Shown here in pieces: positions 38,613 to 50,344 of a stretch of 64,000 bases of DNA. The notes beneath the pieces were generated by a model, which saw nothing but the letters and a program-made list of their open reading frames with translations, had not been told where the DNA came from and did not search any database. The DNA lies in assembly GCF_050920415.1 (NCBI RefSeq), contig NZ_CP169309.1; one strand, written 5' to 3'. Each line of letters starts with the position of its first letter. The first letter of the stretch is position 1. This DNA comes from Escherichia coli. GTDB lineage: Bacteria; Pseudomonadota; Gammaproteobacteria; Enterobacterales; Enterobacteriaceae. A program made the position numbers and the translations under genes.

Positions 38613-38904
38613 GCGCCTCGATTGCTACATGGAGGCGGGGCGCATTATAGCTACTTCCTTGAGTTTCTACATCCCCCAGATCAGTTTTTTCCGCCTAATA
38701 CATTCAGCGTATTATCACGAAAACATTATAGTTCATATAAAACCCATACTTTACAATGATATATGAGCGTAATTTACGCTACCACGATCACATAAAACAA
38801 GAATCATAAATTAATAACCAGATATCGGAATATTCGCTCTCACAGGGATGGTTTACAAAATGCGTTATCGGTCTCAGCACCCCTATAGCATCAAGGAAAA
38901 GCAG

Positions 38905-40287
38905 ATGAAGAGTGAAGTGTTGTCCGTTAAAGAGAAAATTGGTTATGGCATGGGAGACGCCGCCAGCCACATTATTTTCGATAACGTAATGTTATATATG
39001 ATGTTCTTTTATACCGATATTTTTGGCATTCCTGCCGGATTTGTCGGAACCATGTTTTTGGTCGCTCGTGCACTGGATGCGATTTCCGATCCTTGCATGG
39101 GGTTGTTGGCCGATCGAACGCGCTCTCGCTGGGGTAAATTTCGTCCATGGGTACTGTTTGGCGCACTGCCATTCGGGATCGTCTGTGTACTGGCCTATAG
39201 CACGCCAGATCTCAGTATGAACGGAAAAATGATTTATGCAGCAATTACTTACACCCTACTTACCTTACTTTATACCGTCGTCAATATCCCTTACTGCGCA
39301 TTGGGTGGTGTAATCACCAATGACCCGACTCAGCGTATCTCGCTGCAATCCTGGCGTTTTGTGCTGGCGACCGCGGGAGGCATGCTCTCTACTGTGCTGA
39401 TGATGCCGCTGGTTAATTTAATTGGTGGTGATAATAAACCACTCGGTTTCCAGGGCGGTATCGCGGTCCTTTCCGTGGTGGCATTTATGATGCTGGCATT
39501 TTGTTTCTTCACCACTAAAGAACGCGTTGAAGCACCACCTACAACGACGTCTATGCGGGAAGATTTACGTGATATCTGGCAAAACGACCAGTGGCGTATT
39601 GTCGGTTTCCTGACCATTTTCAATATTCTGGCGGTGTGCGTACGCGGCGGGGCGATGATGTATTACGTCACATGGATTTTGGGTACGCCGGAAGTGTTTG
39701 TCGCTTTTCTTACCACTTATTGCGTGGGTAACCTGATTGGTTCCGCACTGGCGAAACCGCTGACCGACTGGAAATGTAAAGTCACTATCTTCTGGTGGAC
39801 GAACGCCCTGCTGGCAGTGATTAGCCTGGCGATGTTCTTTGTTCCTATGCAGGCCAGCATCACCATGTTTGTCTTCATCTTCGTGATTGGTGTGTTGCAT
39901 CAACTGGTGACACCTATCCAGTGGGTAATGATGTCCGATACCGTCGACTACGGCGAGTGGTGCAATGGTAAACGCCTGACCGGGATCAGTTTTGCTGGCA
40001 CGTTGTTTGTGCTCAAACTGGGGTTGGCCTTCGGCGGCGCTCTTATCGGCTGGATGCTGGCTTATGGCGGATATGATGCGGCAGAAAAAGCGCAGAACAG
40101 TGCCACGATTAGCATCATTATCGCGCTATTCACGATTGTTCCGGCGATCTGTTACTTGCTGAGCGCGATTATCGCTAAACGCTACTACTCACTCACGACG
40201 CACAATCTGAAAACCGTTATGGAACAGCTGGCCCAGGGCAAACGCCGTTGCCAGCAACAATTCACCTCTCAAGAAGTGCAGAACTAA
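38905..40287 (+). CDS. yicJ: Glycoside-pentoside-hexuronide:cation symporter family transporter YicJ (track ORF starts at 38848)
   Basis: 460-aa MFS/GPH ORF starting MKSEVLSVKEKIGYGMGD; upstream of yicI. Confidence 0.88.
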   Translation: MKSEVLSVKEKIGYGMGDAASHIIFDNVMLYMMFFYTDIFGIPAGFVGTMFLVARALDAISDPCMGLLADRTRSRWGKFRPWVLFGALPFGIVCVLAYSTPDLSMNGKMIYAAITYTLLTLLYTVVNIPYCALGGVITNDPTQRISLQSWRFVLATAGGMLSTVLMMPLVNLIGGDNKPLGFQGGIAVLSVVAFMMLAFCFFTTKERVEAPPTTTSMREDLRDIWQNDQWRIVGFLTIFNILAVCVRGGAMMYYVTWILGTPEVFVAFLTTYCVGNLIGSALAKPLTDWKCKVTIFWWTNALLAVISLAMFFVPMQASITMFVFIFVIGVLHQLVTPIQWVMMSDTVDYGEWCNGKRLTGISFAGTLFVLKLGLAFGGALIGWMLAYGGYDAAEKAQNSATISIIIALFTIVPAICYLLSAIIAKRYYSLTTHNLKTVMEQLAQGKRRCQQQFTSQEVQN

Positions 40288-40296
40288 GGAACGGCA

Positions 40297-42615
40297 ATGA
40301 AAATTAGCGACGGAAACTGGTTGATTCAACCTGGCCTCAATTTGATTCACCCGCTTCAGGTGTTCGAGGTTGAACCGCAGGGTAATGAAATGGTGGTCTA
40401 TGCTGCCCCCCGTGATGTGCGTGAACGTACCTGGCAGCTTGATACGCCTTTATTTACGCTGCGCTTTTTCTCCCCACAGGAAGGTATTGTCGGTGTACGG
40501 ATTGAGCATTTTCAGGGGGCGCTGAATAACGGTCCTCATTACCCGCTCAATATTTTGCAGGACGTGAAGGTCACAATCGAAAACACAGAACGTTACGCTG
40601 AGTTTAAAAGTGGCAACTTAAGTGCGCGTGTCAGCAAAGGTGAGTTCTGGTCACTGGATTTTCTGCGCAACGGCGAACGTATTACCGGTAGTCAGGTGAA
40701 AAATAATGGCTACGTGCAGGACACGAATAATCAACGAAATTATATGTTTGAGCGGCTGGATCTTGGCGTTGGCGAAACAGTTTACGGTCTGGGAGAGCGC
40801 TTTACTGCCCTGGTGCGCAATGGCCAGACGGTAGAGACCTGGAACCGGGACGGCGGCACAAGTACTGAACAGGCGTATAAAAATATCCCGTTCTATATGA
40901 CTAACCGTGGTTATGGTGTACTGGTCAATCATCCCCAATGCGTCTCTTTTGAAGTGGGATCGGAGAAAGTCTCCAAAGTGCAGTTCAGCGTTGAGAGTGA
41001 ATATCTCGAATACTTTGTTATCGACGGCCCGACGCCGAAAGCGGTACTTGATCGTTATACCCGTTTTACTGGTCGTCCGGCGCTGCCGCCCGCGTGGTCC
41101 TTCGGCCTGTGGCTAACCACTTCATTTACCACCAACTACGACGAAGCGACGGTAAACAGCTTTATCGATGGTATGGCGGAACGCAATCTGCCACTGCATG
41201 TTTTCCACTTTGACTGTTTCTGGATGAAAGCCTTCCAGTGGTGCGATTTTGAGTGGGATCCGCTGACCTTCCCGGACCCGGAAGGGATGATCCGCCGCCT
41301 GAAAGCGAAAGGGCTGAAAATCTGCGTCTGGATTAACCCCTATATCGGGCAAAAATCCCCTGTCTTTAAAGAGTTACAAGAGAAAGGTTATTTACTCAAA
41401 CGCCCGGACGGTTCGCTGTGGCAGTGGGATAAATGGCAGCCAGGTCTGGCGATTTATGACTTTACCAATCCGGATGCCTGCAAATGGTACGCCGACAAAC
41501 TGAAAGGTCTGGTCGCGATGGGCGTTGATTGCTTTAAGACCGACTTTGGCGAACGTATTCCAACCGATGTTCAATGGTTTGACGGTTCCGATCCGCAGAA
41601 AATGCATAACCATTATGCGTACATCTACAACGAACTGGTGTGGAACGTGCTCAAGGAAACCGTCGGCGAGGAAGAAGCCGTCTTGTTTGCCCGCTCGGCC
41701 TCCGTCGGTGCGCAGAAATTCCCGGTACATTGGGGTGGCGACTGTTACGCTAACTACGAATCAATGGCGGAAAGCCTGCGCGGTGGTTTGTCTATTGGCC
41801 TTTCAGGTTTTGGTTTCTGGAGCCACGATATCGGCGGCTTTGAGAATACCGCTCCGGCGCACGTTTACAAACGCTGGTGCGCGTTTGGTTTGCTCTCCAG
41901 CCATAGCCGTTTACACGGCAGCAAATCTTATCGTGTGCCGTGGGCCTATGATGATGAGTCCTGTGATGTGGTGCGCTTCTTCACGCAACTGAAATGCCGC
42001 ATGATGCCGTATCTGTATCGTGAGGCTGCTCGTGCGAACGCGCGGGGTACGCCGATGATGCGGGCCATGATGATGGAGTTTCCGGACGATCCGGCTTGTG
42101 ATTACCTTGACCGTCAATACATGTTAGGCGACAACGTGATGGTTGCTCCGGTGTTCACTGAATCGGGCGATGTGCAGTTCTACTTGCCGGAAGGTCGCTG
42201 GACACACCTGTGGCACAACGATGAACTCGATGGTAGTCGCTGGCATAAACAGCAGCACGGCTTCCTGAGTCTGCCCGTTTATGTGCGTGATAACACCCTA
42301 CTGGCGCTGGGCAACAACGAGCAACGTCCCGATTACGCGTGGCACGAAGGCACGGCATTCCAGCTCTTTAATCTGCAAGACGGGCATGAAGCCATCTGTG
42401 AAGTGCCCGCTGCCGATGGTTCCGTTCTTTTCACCCTGAAAGCGGCGCGTACTGGCAACACAATTACTGTGAATGGTGCGGGCGTGGTGAAGAACTGGAC
42501 GCTGTGCTTGCGCAATGTTGTGAAAGTAAATGGTCTGCAAGGCGGTTCGCAGGCTGAAAGTGAGTTGGGGGTAGTGGTGATGCCAGCGGCTAACTTGCTG
42601 ACAATCACGTTGTAA
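40297..42615 (+). CDS. yicI: Alpha-xylosidase YicI (glycoside hydrolase family 31)
   Basis: 772-aa ORF with GH31 catalytic region (WINPY...DFGE); operon with yicJ. Confidence 0.92.
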   Translation: MKISDGNWLIQPGLNLIHPLQVFEVEPQGNEMVVYAAPRDVRERTWQLDTPLFTLRFFSPQEGIVGVRIEHFQGALNNGPHYPLNILQDVKVTIENTERYAEFKSGNLSARVSKGEFWSLDFLRNGERITGSQVKNNGYVQDTNNQRNYMFERLDLGVGETVYGLGERFTALVRNGQTVETWNRDGGTSTEQAYKNIPFYMTNRGYGVLVNHPQCVSFEVGSEKVSKVQFSVESEYLEYFVIDGPTPKAVLDRYTRFTGRPALPPAWSFGLWLTTSFTTNYDEATVNSFIDGMAERNLPLHVFHFDCFWMKAFQWCDFEWDPLTFPDPEGMIRRLKAKGLKICVWINPYIGQKSPVFKELQEKGYLLKRPDGSLWQWDKWQPGLAIYDFTNPDACKWYADKLKGLVAMGVDCFKTDFGERIPTDVQWFDGSDPQKMHNHYAYIYNELVWNVLKETVGEEEAVLFARSASVGAQKFPVHWGGDCYANYESMAESLRGGLSIGLSGFGFWSHDIGGFENTAPAHVYKRWCAFGLLSSHSRLHGSKSYRVPWAYDDESCDVVRFFTQLKCRMMPYLYREAARANARGTPMMRAMMMEFPDDPACDYLDRQYMLGDNVMVAPVFTESGDVQFYLPEGRWTHLWHNDELDGSRWHKQQHGFLSLPVYVRDNTLLALGNNEQRPDYAWHEGTAFQLFNLQDGHEAICEVPAADGSVLFTLKAARTGNTITVNGAGVVKNWTLCLRNVVKVNGLQGGSQAESELGVVVMPAANLLTITL

Positions 42616-42666
42616 TCTATTGAAGAAATGCCGGGTATGTCTGAGCGTACCCGGCGAAATTGACTT

Positions 42667-44376
42667 TTACTGCACCGGCTCCGTCGACGTAACTTCACCA
42701 CTGGAAACTACGCCCGCATTCATGGTTTGAGTCACTTGCTGCTTTGCGGCATTCACGGCATGCAATTGCCCGCTAACCGTAGGTTTCAGCGGGACATTGA
42801 CCTGAATATCGCCACTGGCGGTAAGCTGAATATTGCCGTCGCCAGTCAACGGTAGTTCAGGCCATCCCCACTGTTGCAAAATATTCACCGGCACACCGCG
42901 TCCATTCAGGCTGATATGGGTCTGACGTTGTGGCGTTTGTGAAACACTGGCGGTGGCTTCCAGAATGCCTTTTTCAGTAAATGCACTCAGTTCGCTGATA
43001 TTCACCGTGCTGCTGTTGGCAGTTAGCGCCAGCGACGGACGACGGACATCAACACGATTAAACGTTGCGGCGGCGGCATTCAGATTCGCCGAGCCACTCC
43101 AGACGCCCCATTTATGATCGGTAACCAGCGTCAGATTGGCACCGTAACCATCGAGCGCGGTGAGCTGCCACGGGAAGTCAGGGTCGATATCAATGATCAG
43201 ATTGCGGCTGGCGCTAAATCTCTTCAGTTGCAGGCTGTTTAACCAACCGGGTGTCGTTTCCATCCATAACTGTTGCCAGTTTTTTGGCAAGGTATATTCC
43301 AGTCCGGCAATTGCCGCATCATCAAGGATCAACATTTTCCCGTCACGCAACCAGTTCCCTGACGTTCTGACCATGCCCCCTTCCCAGCGGCTGGTGAACT
43401 GGCGCAGTGCTACGCCCTGCGGGGAAAATTCCGCGTTTATAATCGGGTCAAATAAATGCAGCGAACCATAAATGAACTCGCTGGCGTTCATCGACAGTTT
43501 GCCTTCCTGTGTCTGCCAGTCATCTTTACTGAAGGTCATGTTGCGCAAGCTGAGATCGAGGTCGGTCACCGCCCAGTCCGGACCTTGCAGACGAGCGTCA
43601 ATGACTTCCAGGCGACCAATCTGCAACGACGGGACAGAGCGTAATGGCGCAAAGAAGTCGGTTAGCGATTTTTCGCTTTGTAGACGGATATCCGCCAGCC
43701 GCAGATTTTCCACTTGCCAGCTGCCGTCGGCGTTACGCTGCGCGTTTCCGGTTAATGTCCCGCGGGCGATGTCGGCACCCAGGTTAGTCAGCGTAACGCG
43801 ATCGTTATCAATACTGCCTTCAATCAGTACATTGGTGGCAGGAACATCATTGAGCGAAAGCGATCCGGCGCTGAATTGAATTTGCGCCTTCGTACCCAGC
43901 ACTTTACCGGCTTCTGGTGACCACGGAACCACGCCGCCATTTACCCGTTGCGCGCTCAGTTTCCATTCGCTATTCGGGCTATTAAACGCCATATCACGCA
44001 GTTGCAGACGATCGGCTTTGAACGGCAGCGGCGCGGTCTGGTCGGTGAGATTCAGCGTCCCGTTTTCCAGCAGGATGGTATCGACATGGCGTGGTTCGGT
44101 CAGTTGCCGACTGCTTAGCGCAATGTCGACACTTTTTGCCACCAGGGTAGCGGGCTGACCATCACGACCAAACGTGACGTTCTCCAGCACGATATGAGAT
44201 GGCGCGGAAAAACGGTGATCCATCGCCCCGAAGGCCAGATGATAGTCGCTATTATCGGAAACCCATGCGCTGATATGTTCTGCTCCCCAGCGGGTTTGCA
44301 GAAGGAAATAGAGGCCAGCGATCGCCACTAACAGAGCGATGAGAATGTAGAGAAGCAGCTTCCCAATAAATTTCAT
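42667..44376 (-). CDS. yicH: AsmA-family protein YicH (track ORF extends to 44400)
   Basis: 569-aa ORF with N-terminal TM anchor MKFIGKLLLYILIALLVAIAGLYFL; synteny. Confidence 0.85.
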   Translation of the reverse strand: MKFIGKLLLYILIALLVAIAGLYFLLQTRWGAEHISAWVSDNSDYHLAFGAMDHRFSAPSHIVLENVTFGRDGQPATLVAKSVDIALSSRQLTEPRHVDTILLENGTLNLTDQTAPLPFKADRLQLRDMAFNSPNSEWKLSAQRVNGGVVPWSPEAGKVLGTKAQIQFSAGSLSLNDVPATNVLIEGSIDNDRVTLTNLGADIARGTLTGNAQRNADGSWQVENLRLADIRLQSEKSLTDFFAPLRSVPSLQIGRLEVIDARLQGPDWAVTDLDLSLRNMTFSKDDWQTQEGKLSMNASEFIYGSLHLFDPIINAEFSPQGVALRQFTSRWEGGMVRTSGNWLRDGKMLILDDAAIAGLEYTLPKNWQQLWMETTPGWLNSLQLKRFSASRNLIIDIDPDFPWQLTALDGYGANLTLVTDHKWGVWSGSANLNAAAATFNRVDVRRPSLALTANSSTVNISELSAFTEKGILEATASVSQTPQRQTHISLNGRGVPVNILQQWGWPELPLTGDGNIQLTASGDIQVNVPLKPTVSGQLHAVNAAKQQVTQTMNAGVVSSGEVTSTEPVQ

Positions 44377-44496
44377 GGTCTTCCATCCCGTGAAATGCAC
44401 ATAAGGGAGTTATGCACGATTTACGCGCAATCCTCAAGGCGGGAATGGTGAAAGAGGTGAGACTACGGCGGTAATTATCTTACCGCCGCCAGTGAA

Positions 44497-45888
44497 TTAC
44501 TGTTTTTCTGGTGGGAAAATCAGATTCAGCACGATGGCAGTAATACCGCCCGCGGCGATCCCGGAGGAGAGCAGGTTTTTCAGCCATTCAGGGGCAAACT
44601 GCAAAATCAGCGGCTGCTGAGACACGCCCAGACCGACCGCCAGCGACAGCGCGATAATCAGAATCGCCCGACGGTTCAGCGGCTCACGAGAAACGATACG
44701 CACACCGGAGGCGGCGATGGTGCCAAACATTACAAGCGTTGCACCGCCCAGAACCGGTTCTGGAATGTGTTGTACAAAACCGCTCACTGCCGGGAACAGA
44801 CCCAGCACGATCAACATCAGCGCGACGACAAAACCGACATAGCGGCTGGCAACACCGGTCAACTGGATCACACCGTTGTTCTGCCCGAAGCAGGAATTCG
44901 GGAAAGTGTTAAACACCGCCGAAACAAACGAGTTCAGGCCGTTTGCCAGCACGCCGCCTTTCAGGCGTTTCATGTACAGCGGACCGGATACAGGCTGTTC
45001 GGAAACGTCAGACGTCGCCGTGATATCGCCAATAGTTTCCAGCGAAGTGATCATAAAGACCAGCATCAGCGGCAGCAGCAGGCTCCATTCAATGCCAAGA
45101 CCGTAGTAGAGCGGGGATGGCACCATAATCAGTTCTTGCGTCATCGGTTCGTTGCTTTCTGGCAACATGCCCATAAACCACGCCAGCGCATATCCTGCCG
45201 CCATCGCAATCACCAGTGAAGCCACGCGCAAATATGGGTTACGCTGACGGTTAAGCAGGATAATTAAGGCCAAGACCACGCCTGCCAGCAACAGATTTTT
45301 CGGTGCGCCGAAGGTGTTATCGCTCATGGCTGCGTAACCGCCGCCAATGGATGTTAGCCCAACCTGAATTAGCGACAGGCCGATAATCATCACCACAACG
45401 CCAGAAACCAGCGGCGTAATAATGCGGCGCGCCAGATGCAGAACACGGGAGATCACCATCTCGGTGCAACTTGCCAGCATCAACGTGCCGAACAAAGCCG
45501 CCATCATGGTAGGAACATCAGCACCACCGGTCTTCAGCGCTGTGCCGCCCATAATCAGCGGGGCAACAAAGTTGAAGCTGGTGCCCTGAATAGACAACAG
45601 CCCGGAGCCAACCGGACCCCAGGCCTTAATTTGAATAATCGACGCCACACCGGAGGCAAACAGCGACATACTAATAATGTGTTGCGTGTCTTGTGCCGGT
45701 AAACCCAGCGCCTGGCAGATTAATAGCGCTGGCGTGATCACCGCAACGAACATCGCCAGCAGATGCTGACAGGCGGCAAACAGAGTTTGAGGAAGCGGCG
45801 GACGATCTTCAAGACGGTAAATCAGTTCGCTGTTTTGAGTCTGCGCAACCGGTTGCGCATTTTCTGACTCGAGGGTGGAAACAGACAT
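44497..45888 (-). CDS. xanP: Xanthine permease XanP (NCS2 family)
   Basis: 463-aa NCS2 transporter starting [17 protein letters not shown]; synteny. Confidence 0.9.
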   Translation of the reverse strand: MSVSTLESENAQPVAQTQNSELIYRLEDRPPLPQTLFAACQHLLAMFVAVITPALLICQALGLPAQDTQHIISMSLFASGVASIIQIKAWGPVGSGLLSIQGTSFNFVAPLIMGGTALKTGGADVPTMMAALFGTLMLASCTEMVISRVLHLARRIITPLVSGVVVMIIGLSLIQVGLTSIGGGYAAMSDNTFGAPKNLLLAGVVLALIILLNRQRNPYLRVASLVIAMAAGYALAWFMGMLPESNEPMTQELIMVPSPLYYGLGIEWSLLLPLMLVFMITSLETIGDITATSDVSEQPVSGPLYMKRLKGGVLANGLNSFVSAVFNTFPNSCFGQNNGVIQLTGVASRYVGFVVALMLIVLGLFPAVSGFVQHIPEPVLGGATLVMFGTIAASGVRIVSREPLNRRAILIIALSLAVGLGVSQQPLILQFAPEWLKNLLSSGIAAGGITAIVLNLIFPPEKQ

Positions 45889-46167
45889 CGAAAACAATCC
45901 CGTGGAAGCAAAGCGGGCATTTTAGCTGAGCAAAAGAGAAAAGCAAACGTTTGCTACACCTTCTTCTAAATATTTAAATGAGATAAATGCACTTTTTTAT
46001 ATAACTTTTGGTATTTTTCTGCTTAAAATCCATGCCATTTGTTCATTAACAGCTGAGAATTTGACCCAGGAAAGCATGACTCGATACCCGTCATATTTCA
46101 TGAAGGTGCCACTGCGCGATGAAGTATGACGAGTATGAAAGAGTGATGCGGATACAAAGGAGTAACT

Positions 46168-47373
46168 ATGTTTCATCTCGATACTTTAGCAACGCTTGTT
46201 GCTGCAACGCTGACGTTGCTGCTCGGGCGTAAGTTGGTCCATTCCGTCTCCTTTTTGAAGAAATACACCATACCGGAACCTGTTGCGGGTGGTTTGTTGG
46301 TGGCGCTGGCGCTACTGGTACTGAAAAAAAGCATGGGCTGGGAAGTCAACTTTGATATGTCCCTGCGCGATCCGTTAATGCTGGCTTTCTTCGCCACCAT
46401 TGGCCTGAACGCCAACATTGCCAGTCTGCGCGCTGGTGGGCGTGTGGTTGGTATTTTCCTGATTGTGGTTGTTGGCCTATTGGTGATGCAAAATGCCATT
46501 GGCATTGGTATGGCTAGCCTGTTAGGGCTTGATCCACTGATGGGGCTGCTGGCCGGTTCTATTACGCTTTCGGGCGGTCACGGTACGGGTGCTGCCTGGA
46601 GTAAATTGTTCATTGAACGTTATGGCTTCACCAATGCGACGGAAGTGGCGATGGCCTGTGCAACGTTCGGTTTGGTGCTGGGCGGCTTGATTGGCGGTCC
46701 GGTGGCGCGCTATCTGGTGAAACACTCCACTACACCGAACGGTATTCCGGATGACCAGGAAGTCCCGACGGCGTTCGAAAAGCCGGATGTGGGCCGCATG
46801 ATCACCTCGCTGGTGCTGATTGAAACTATCGCGTTGATTGCTATCTGTCTGACGGTGGGGAAGATCGTTGCGCAACTTTTGGCTGGCACCGCTTTTGAAC
46901 TGCCAACCTTCGTTTGTGTGTTGTTTGTTGGCGTGATTCTGAGCAACGGTCTGTCAATGATGGGCTTTTATCGCGTTTTTGAGCGTGCGGTATCCGTTCT
47001 GGGTAACGTAAGTCTGTCGTTGTTCCTGGCGATGGCGCTGATGGGGCTGAAACTATGGGAGCTGGCTTCGCTGGCGCTGCCGATGCTGGCGATTCTGGTG
47101 GTACAGACCATCTTCATGGCGTTGTATGCCATTTTCGTCACCTGGCGCATGATGGGTAAAAACTACGATGCGGCAGTGCTGGCAGCGGGTCACTGTGGTT
47201 TTGGCCTTGGTGCAACGCCAACGGCAATCGCCAACATGCAAGCAATCACCGAACGTTTTGGCCCGTCGCACATGGCGTTCCTGGTCGTGCCGATGGTTGG
47301 TGCGTTCTTTATCGATATTGTCAATGCGCTGGTGATTAAGCTGTATTTGATGTTGCCGATTTTTGCGGGTTAA
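46168..47373 (+). CDS. gltS: Sodium/glutamate symporter GltS
   Basis: 401-aa polytopic ORF; synteny between xanP and recG. Confidence 0.92.
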   Translation: MFHLDTLATLVAATLTLLLGRKLVHSVSFLKKYTIPEPVAGGLLVALALLVLKKSMGWEVNFDMSLRDPLMLAFFATIGLNANIASLRAGGRVVGIFLIVVVGLLVMQNAIGIGMASLLGLDPLMGLLAGSITLSGGHGTGAAWSKLFIERYGFTNATEVAMACATFGLVLGGLIGGPVARYLVKHSTTPNGIPDDQEVPTAFEKPDVGRMITSLVLIETIALIAICLTVGKIVAQLLAGTAFELPTFVCVLFVGVILSNGLSMMGFYRVFERAVSVLGNVSLSLFLAMALMGLKLWELASLALPMLAILVVQTIFMALYAIFVTWRMMGKNYDAAVLAAGHCGFGLGATPTAIANMQAITERFGPSHMAFLVVPMVGAFFIDIVNALVIKLYLMLPIFAG

Positions 47374-47483
47374 CCGATGAAGCGGCGGTAGAAGTGCCGC
47401 CGCAACAAAGACAAAAGCCTGATATGCTTCGCTTATCATGCCTGCGCATTGATTCACAATTTATTGAATTTGTAGTTTTTTTT

Positions 47484-47518
47484 AGGACGGATAAGGCGTT
47501 CACGCCGCATCCTACAGG
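47484..47518. repeat. REP element between gltS and recG
   Basis: ggacggataaggcgttcacgccgcatcc matches REP consensus. Confidence 0.7.
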
Positions 47519-47561
47519 AAGGTAGGGTAACCTGAAATGGCGGTTTTCTCACCGCCGCTTT

Positions 47562-49643
47562 TTACGCATTCGAGTAACGTTCCGTTTCCGGCATCCAGCG
47601 TTCTATCAGGGCTTTTGCCTGCTGTGGGTAACGTTCGTGAATATGGCGTGCCAGGCGCTGAACTTCCGGGATCATCGCCTGATCGCGCAGTAAATCTGCC
47701 ACTTTAAATTCGGCATTCCCTGTCTGACGCGTACCTAGTAGCTCACCTGGGCCGCGTATCTCCAAATCTTTCTGTGCAATCACAAAACCGTCGTTGCTGT
47801 CGCGCAGCACTTGCAGGCGAATTTGCGCCGTTTTAGAAAGCGGTGTTTTGTAGAGCAACACGCAGTGAGAAGCCACCGCGCCACGACCTACACGCCCGCG
47901 CAGCTGGTGTAACTGCGCCAGACCCAGACGCTCAGGGTTTTCGATAATCATCAGGCTGGCGTTAGGCACATCAACGCCGACTTCAATAACGGTCGTGGCA
48001 ACCAGCAGGTGTAACTCGCCTTGTTTAAATGATGCCATGACGGCCTGCTTCTCGGCTGGTTTCATCCGTCCGTGTACCAGACCAACATTCAACTCTGGTA
48101 GCGCCAGTTTCAACTCTTCCCAGGTAGCTTCCGCCGCCTGTGCTTCCAGTAATTCTGATTCTTCAATGAGTGTGCACACCCAGTACGCCTGACGCCCTTC
48201 AGTCATACAGGCGTGGCGCACGCGGTCGATAATGTCGTTGCGGCGGGTATCCGGGATTGCCACTGTCGTCACTGGCGTGCGGCCTGGCGGCAGCTCATCT
48301 ATCACCGAGGTATCGAGATCGGCATATGCAGTCATTGCCAGCGTGCGGGGGATCGGCGTGGCGGTCATGATCAACTGATGCGGATGGAAGCCCTGCTGCT
48401 GGCCTTTCTCCCATAACGCCAGACGCTGATGCACGCCAAAACGATGCTGTTCGTCGATAATCACCAGCGCCAGGCCGTTAAACTGCACCTGTTCCTGGAA
48501 GATGGCGTGTGTACCGACAATCATCTGCACCTGACCGCTGGCGATGGCTTCCTGCTGTGCCAGTCGTGCTTTACCTTTCTGTTTACCGGCGAGCCAGCCC
48601 ACTTCGATACCGAGCGGAGCAAACCAGTTACGGAAGTTATTGGCGTGCTGCTCGGCGAGTAATTCGGTTGGTGCCATCAATGCCACCTGTTTGCCGTGCG
48701 CAATCGCACGCAACGCGGCGAGGGCGGCGACCAGCGTTTTACCGGAACCTACATCGCCCTGCACCAGGCGCATCATCGGCACATCCAGCGCCATATCGCG
48801 CTCGATCTCCGCCACCACGCGTGCCTGTGCGCCCGTTGGCTTGAACGGTAAGGCTGCGAGGAGTTTATTTTTCAGCGCGTCATTGGCGCTCAGCGGCTGG
48901 GCATGAAAACGCTGTGCTCCGGCACGTAAGGCTAACATGCTGAGGTTGTGCGCCAGCAACTCTTCCAGAATCAGTCGGCGTTGTGCCGGATGCTGCCCGG
49001 TTTCGAGATCGCTAAGCTGTAGCGTCGGCGGCGGGCGGTGCAAAGTGCGCAACGCTTCCGGTAGCGTCATCATTCCTTGTGACAGTTCCGGCGGCAGGAG
49101 TTCTTCAATGGCGCAGGTGTCGAGCAGATCCAGCGCCTGGTCGGTTAATTTACGCAGCGTGGCCTGCTTTACGCCTTCCGTAGTTGGGTAAACCGGCGTG
49201 AGCGTCTCCTGCAACTCTGGCATACTGAGATCGCCCTGCACGCGGTATTCCGGGTGGATCATCTCCGCACCATATTTACCGCGCTTTGCTTCGCCATAGG
49301 CCAGCACGCGGCGGCCAGTCGCCAGGCTATTTTTCATTGCCGCGTTGAAGTTGAAAAAGCGCATGGTGAGAATGCCGGAACCGTCGCTGATCTGGCAGGT
49401 CATCATCCGCCGACCGCCGAAGGAGATATTGCAATTCAGCACTTCGCCTTCCACCGTGGCGTAAACGCCCGGCAGTAGTTCACCGATGGGGTAGAGATGG
49501 GTGCGATCTTCGTAGCGCAGAGGAAGGTGTAAGAGTAAATCCTGCACGGTATGCAGATTGATTTTCGCCAGCTTATTACTTTGCGCCGCGCCAACGCCCG
49601 TTAGCGAACTGAGCGGAACAGCATCTAACAGGCGACCTTTCAT
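47562..49643 (-). CDS. recG: ATP-dependent DNA helicase RecG (track ORF extends to 49676)
   Basis: 693-aa ORF with wedge domain and SF2 helicase motifs (GDVGSGKT, DEQHRFG); last gene of spoT operon. Confidence 0.95.
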   Translation of the reverse strand: MKGRLLDAVPLSSLTGVGAAQSNKLAKINLHTVQDLLLHLPLRYEDRTHLYPIGELLPGVYATVEGEVLNCNISFGGRRMMTCQISDGSGILTMRFFNFNAAMKNSLATGRRVLAYGEAKRGKYGAEMIHPEYRVQGDLSMPELQETLTPVYPTTEGVKQATLRKLTDQALDLLDTCAIEELLPPELSQGMMTLPEALRTLHRPPPTLQLSDLETGQHPAQRRLILEELLAHNLSMLALRAGAQRFHAQPLSANDALKNKLLAALPFKPTGAQARVVAEIERDMALDVPMMRLVQGDVGSGKTLVAALAALRAIAHGKQVALMAPTELLAEQHANNFRNWFAPLGIEVGWLAGKQKGKARLAQQEAIASGQVQMIVGTHAIFQEQVQFNGLALVIIDEQHRFGVHQRLALWEKGQQQGFHPHQLIMTATPIPRTLAMTAYADLDTSVIDELPPGRTPVTTVAIPDTRRNDIIDRVRHACMTEGRQAYWVCTLIEESELLEAQAAEATWEELKLALPELNVGLVHGRMKPAEKQAVMASFKQGELHLLVATTVIEVGVDVPNASLMIIENPERLGLAQLHQLRGRVGRGAVASHCVLLYKTPLSKTAQIRLQVLRDSNDGFVIAQKDLEIRGPGELLGTRQTGNAEFKVADLLRDQAMIPEVQRLARHIHERYPQQAKALIERWMPETERYSNA

Positions 49644-49648
49644 GGCGC

Positions 49649-50338
49649 TTACCCTGCTGCCTGCATAGTGGCCCACCAGTCGGCATCAGCTTCAATTTCG
49701 CCTTGCTGATTAACGTGGGGGTAGGGCAGGCCTTTGCGTTTTGCGACTTTCGCCAGCACCGGATAGCCGCCTTCAAACAGCAGGCGTTGTTGCTCTGCTT
49801 CCGGCAACATGCTGTTTTCACGCAGATACATACCTGCGTTTTGCCGCTGGCGCTGGGCTTCGTAAAGAATGAGGGCTGAGGCAACGGAAACATTCAGCGA
49901 CTGCACCATACCGATCATCGGTATAATGATGTCCCGATCCGCCAGGGCTAACGCTTCCTGAGTGATGCCCGTTTTCTCCTGACCCATCAAAATACAGGTC
50001 GGGCGGGTGTAATCAATTTCGCGGAAATCGACAGCGTTATCAGAAAGATGGGTTGCCAGAATCTGCATGCCCTGGCCTTTCAGATGAGCAACGGCATCGC
50101 CAATGGTGCGGTGTGTTTTCACCTGCACCCAACTGTTGCTGCCAGCCGCAGCCGAAGCCATGGTGCGCATCCGACTGCCAGGCCAGACAGCATGAACTTC
50201 ATGTACGCCAACGGCATCTGCAGTACGAATAATCGCAGAAACGTTATGAGGTTTGTGGACCTGCTCCATGCAGACGGTCAGATCAGGCTGCCGCCTGGCG
50301 AGCATTTCGCAGATGCGTGCATAACGTGTTGAGTTCAT
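49649..50338 (-). CDS. trmH: tRNA (Gm18) 2'-O-methyltransferase TrmH (SpoU)
   Basis: 229-aa SPOUT-family ORF between spoT and recG. Confidence 0.93.
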   Translation of the reverse strand: MNSTRYARICEMLARRQPDLTVCMEQVHKPHNVSAIIRTADAVGVHEVHAVWPGSRMRTMASAAAGSNSWVQVKTHRTIGDAVAHLKGQGMQILATHLSDNAVDFREIDYTRPTCILMGQEKTGITQEALALADRDIIIPMIGMVQSLNVSVASALILYEAQRQRQNAGMYLRENSMLPEAEQQRLLFEGGYPVLAKVAKRKGLPYPHVNQQGEIEADADWWATMQAAG

Positions 50339-50344
50339 AAAACA

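Noticed and set aside
38493-38759. 88-aa ORF overlapping selC
   Set aside because: Overlaps the tRNA-Sec gene; translation is Arg/Pro-rich consistent with reading through GC-rich tRNA sequence; spurious.
44767-45702. Several 70-150 aa plus-strand ORFs opposite xanP
   Set aside because: Antisense to a conserved transporter gene; Arg/His-rich translations typical of reverse-frame artefacts.
48213-49478. Cluster of 60-120 aa plus-strand ORFs opposite recG
   Set aside because: All embedded antisense in recG; Cys/Arg/Ala-rich, no start context; artefacts of GC-rich coding DNA.
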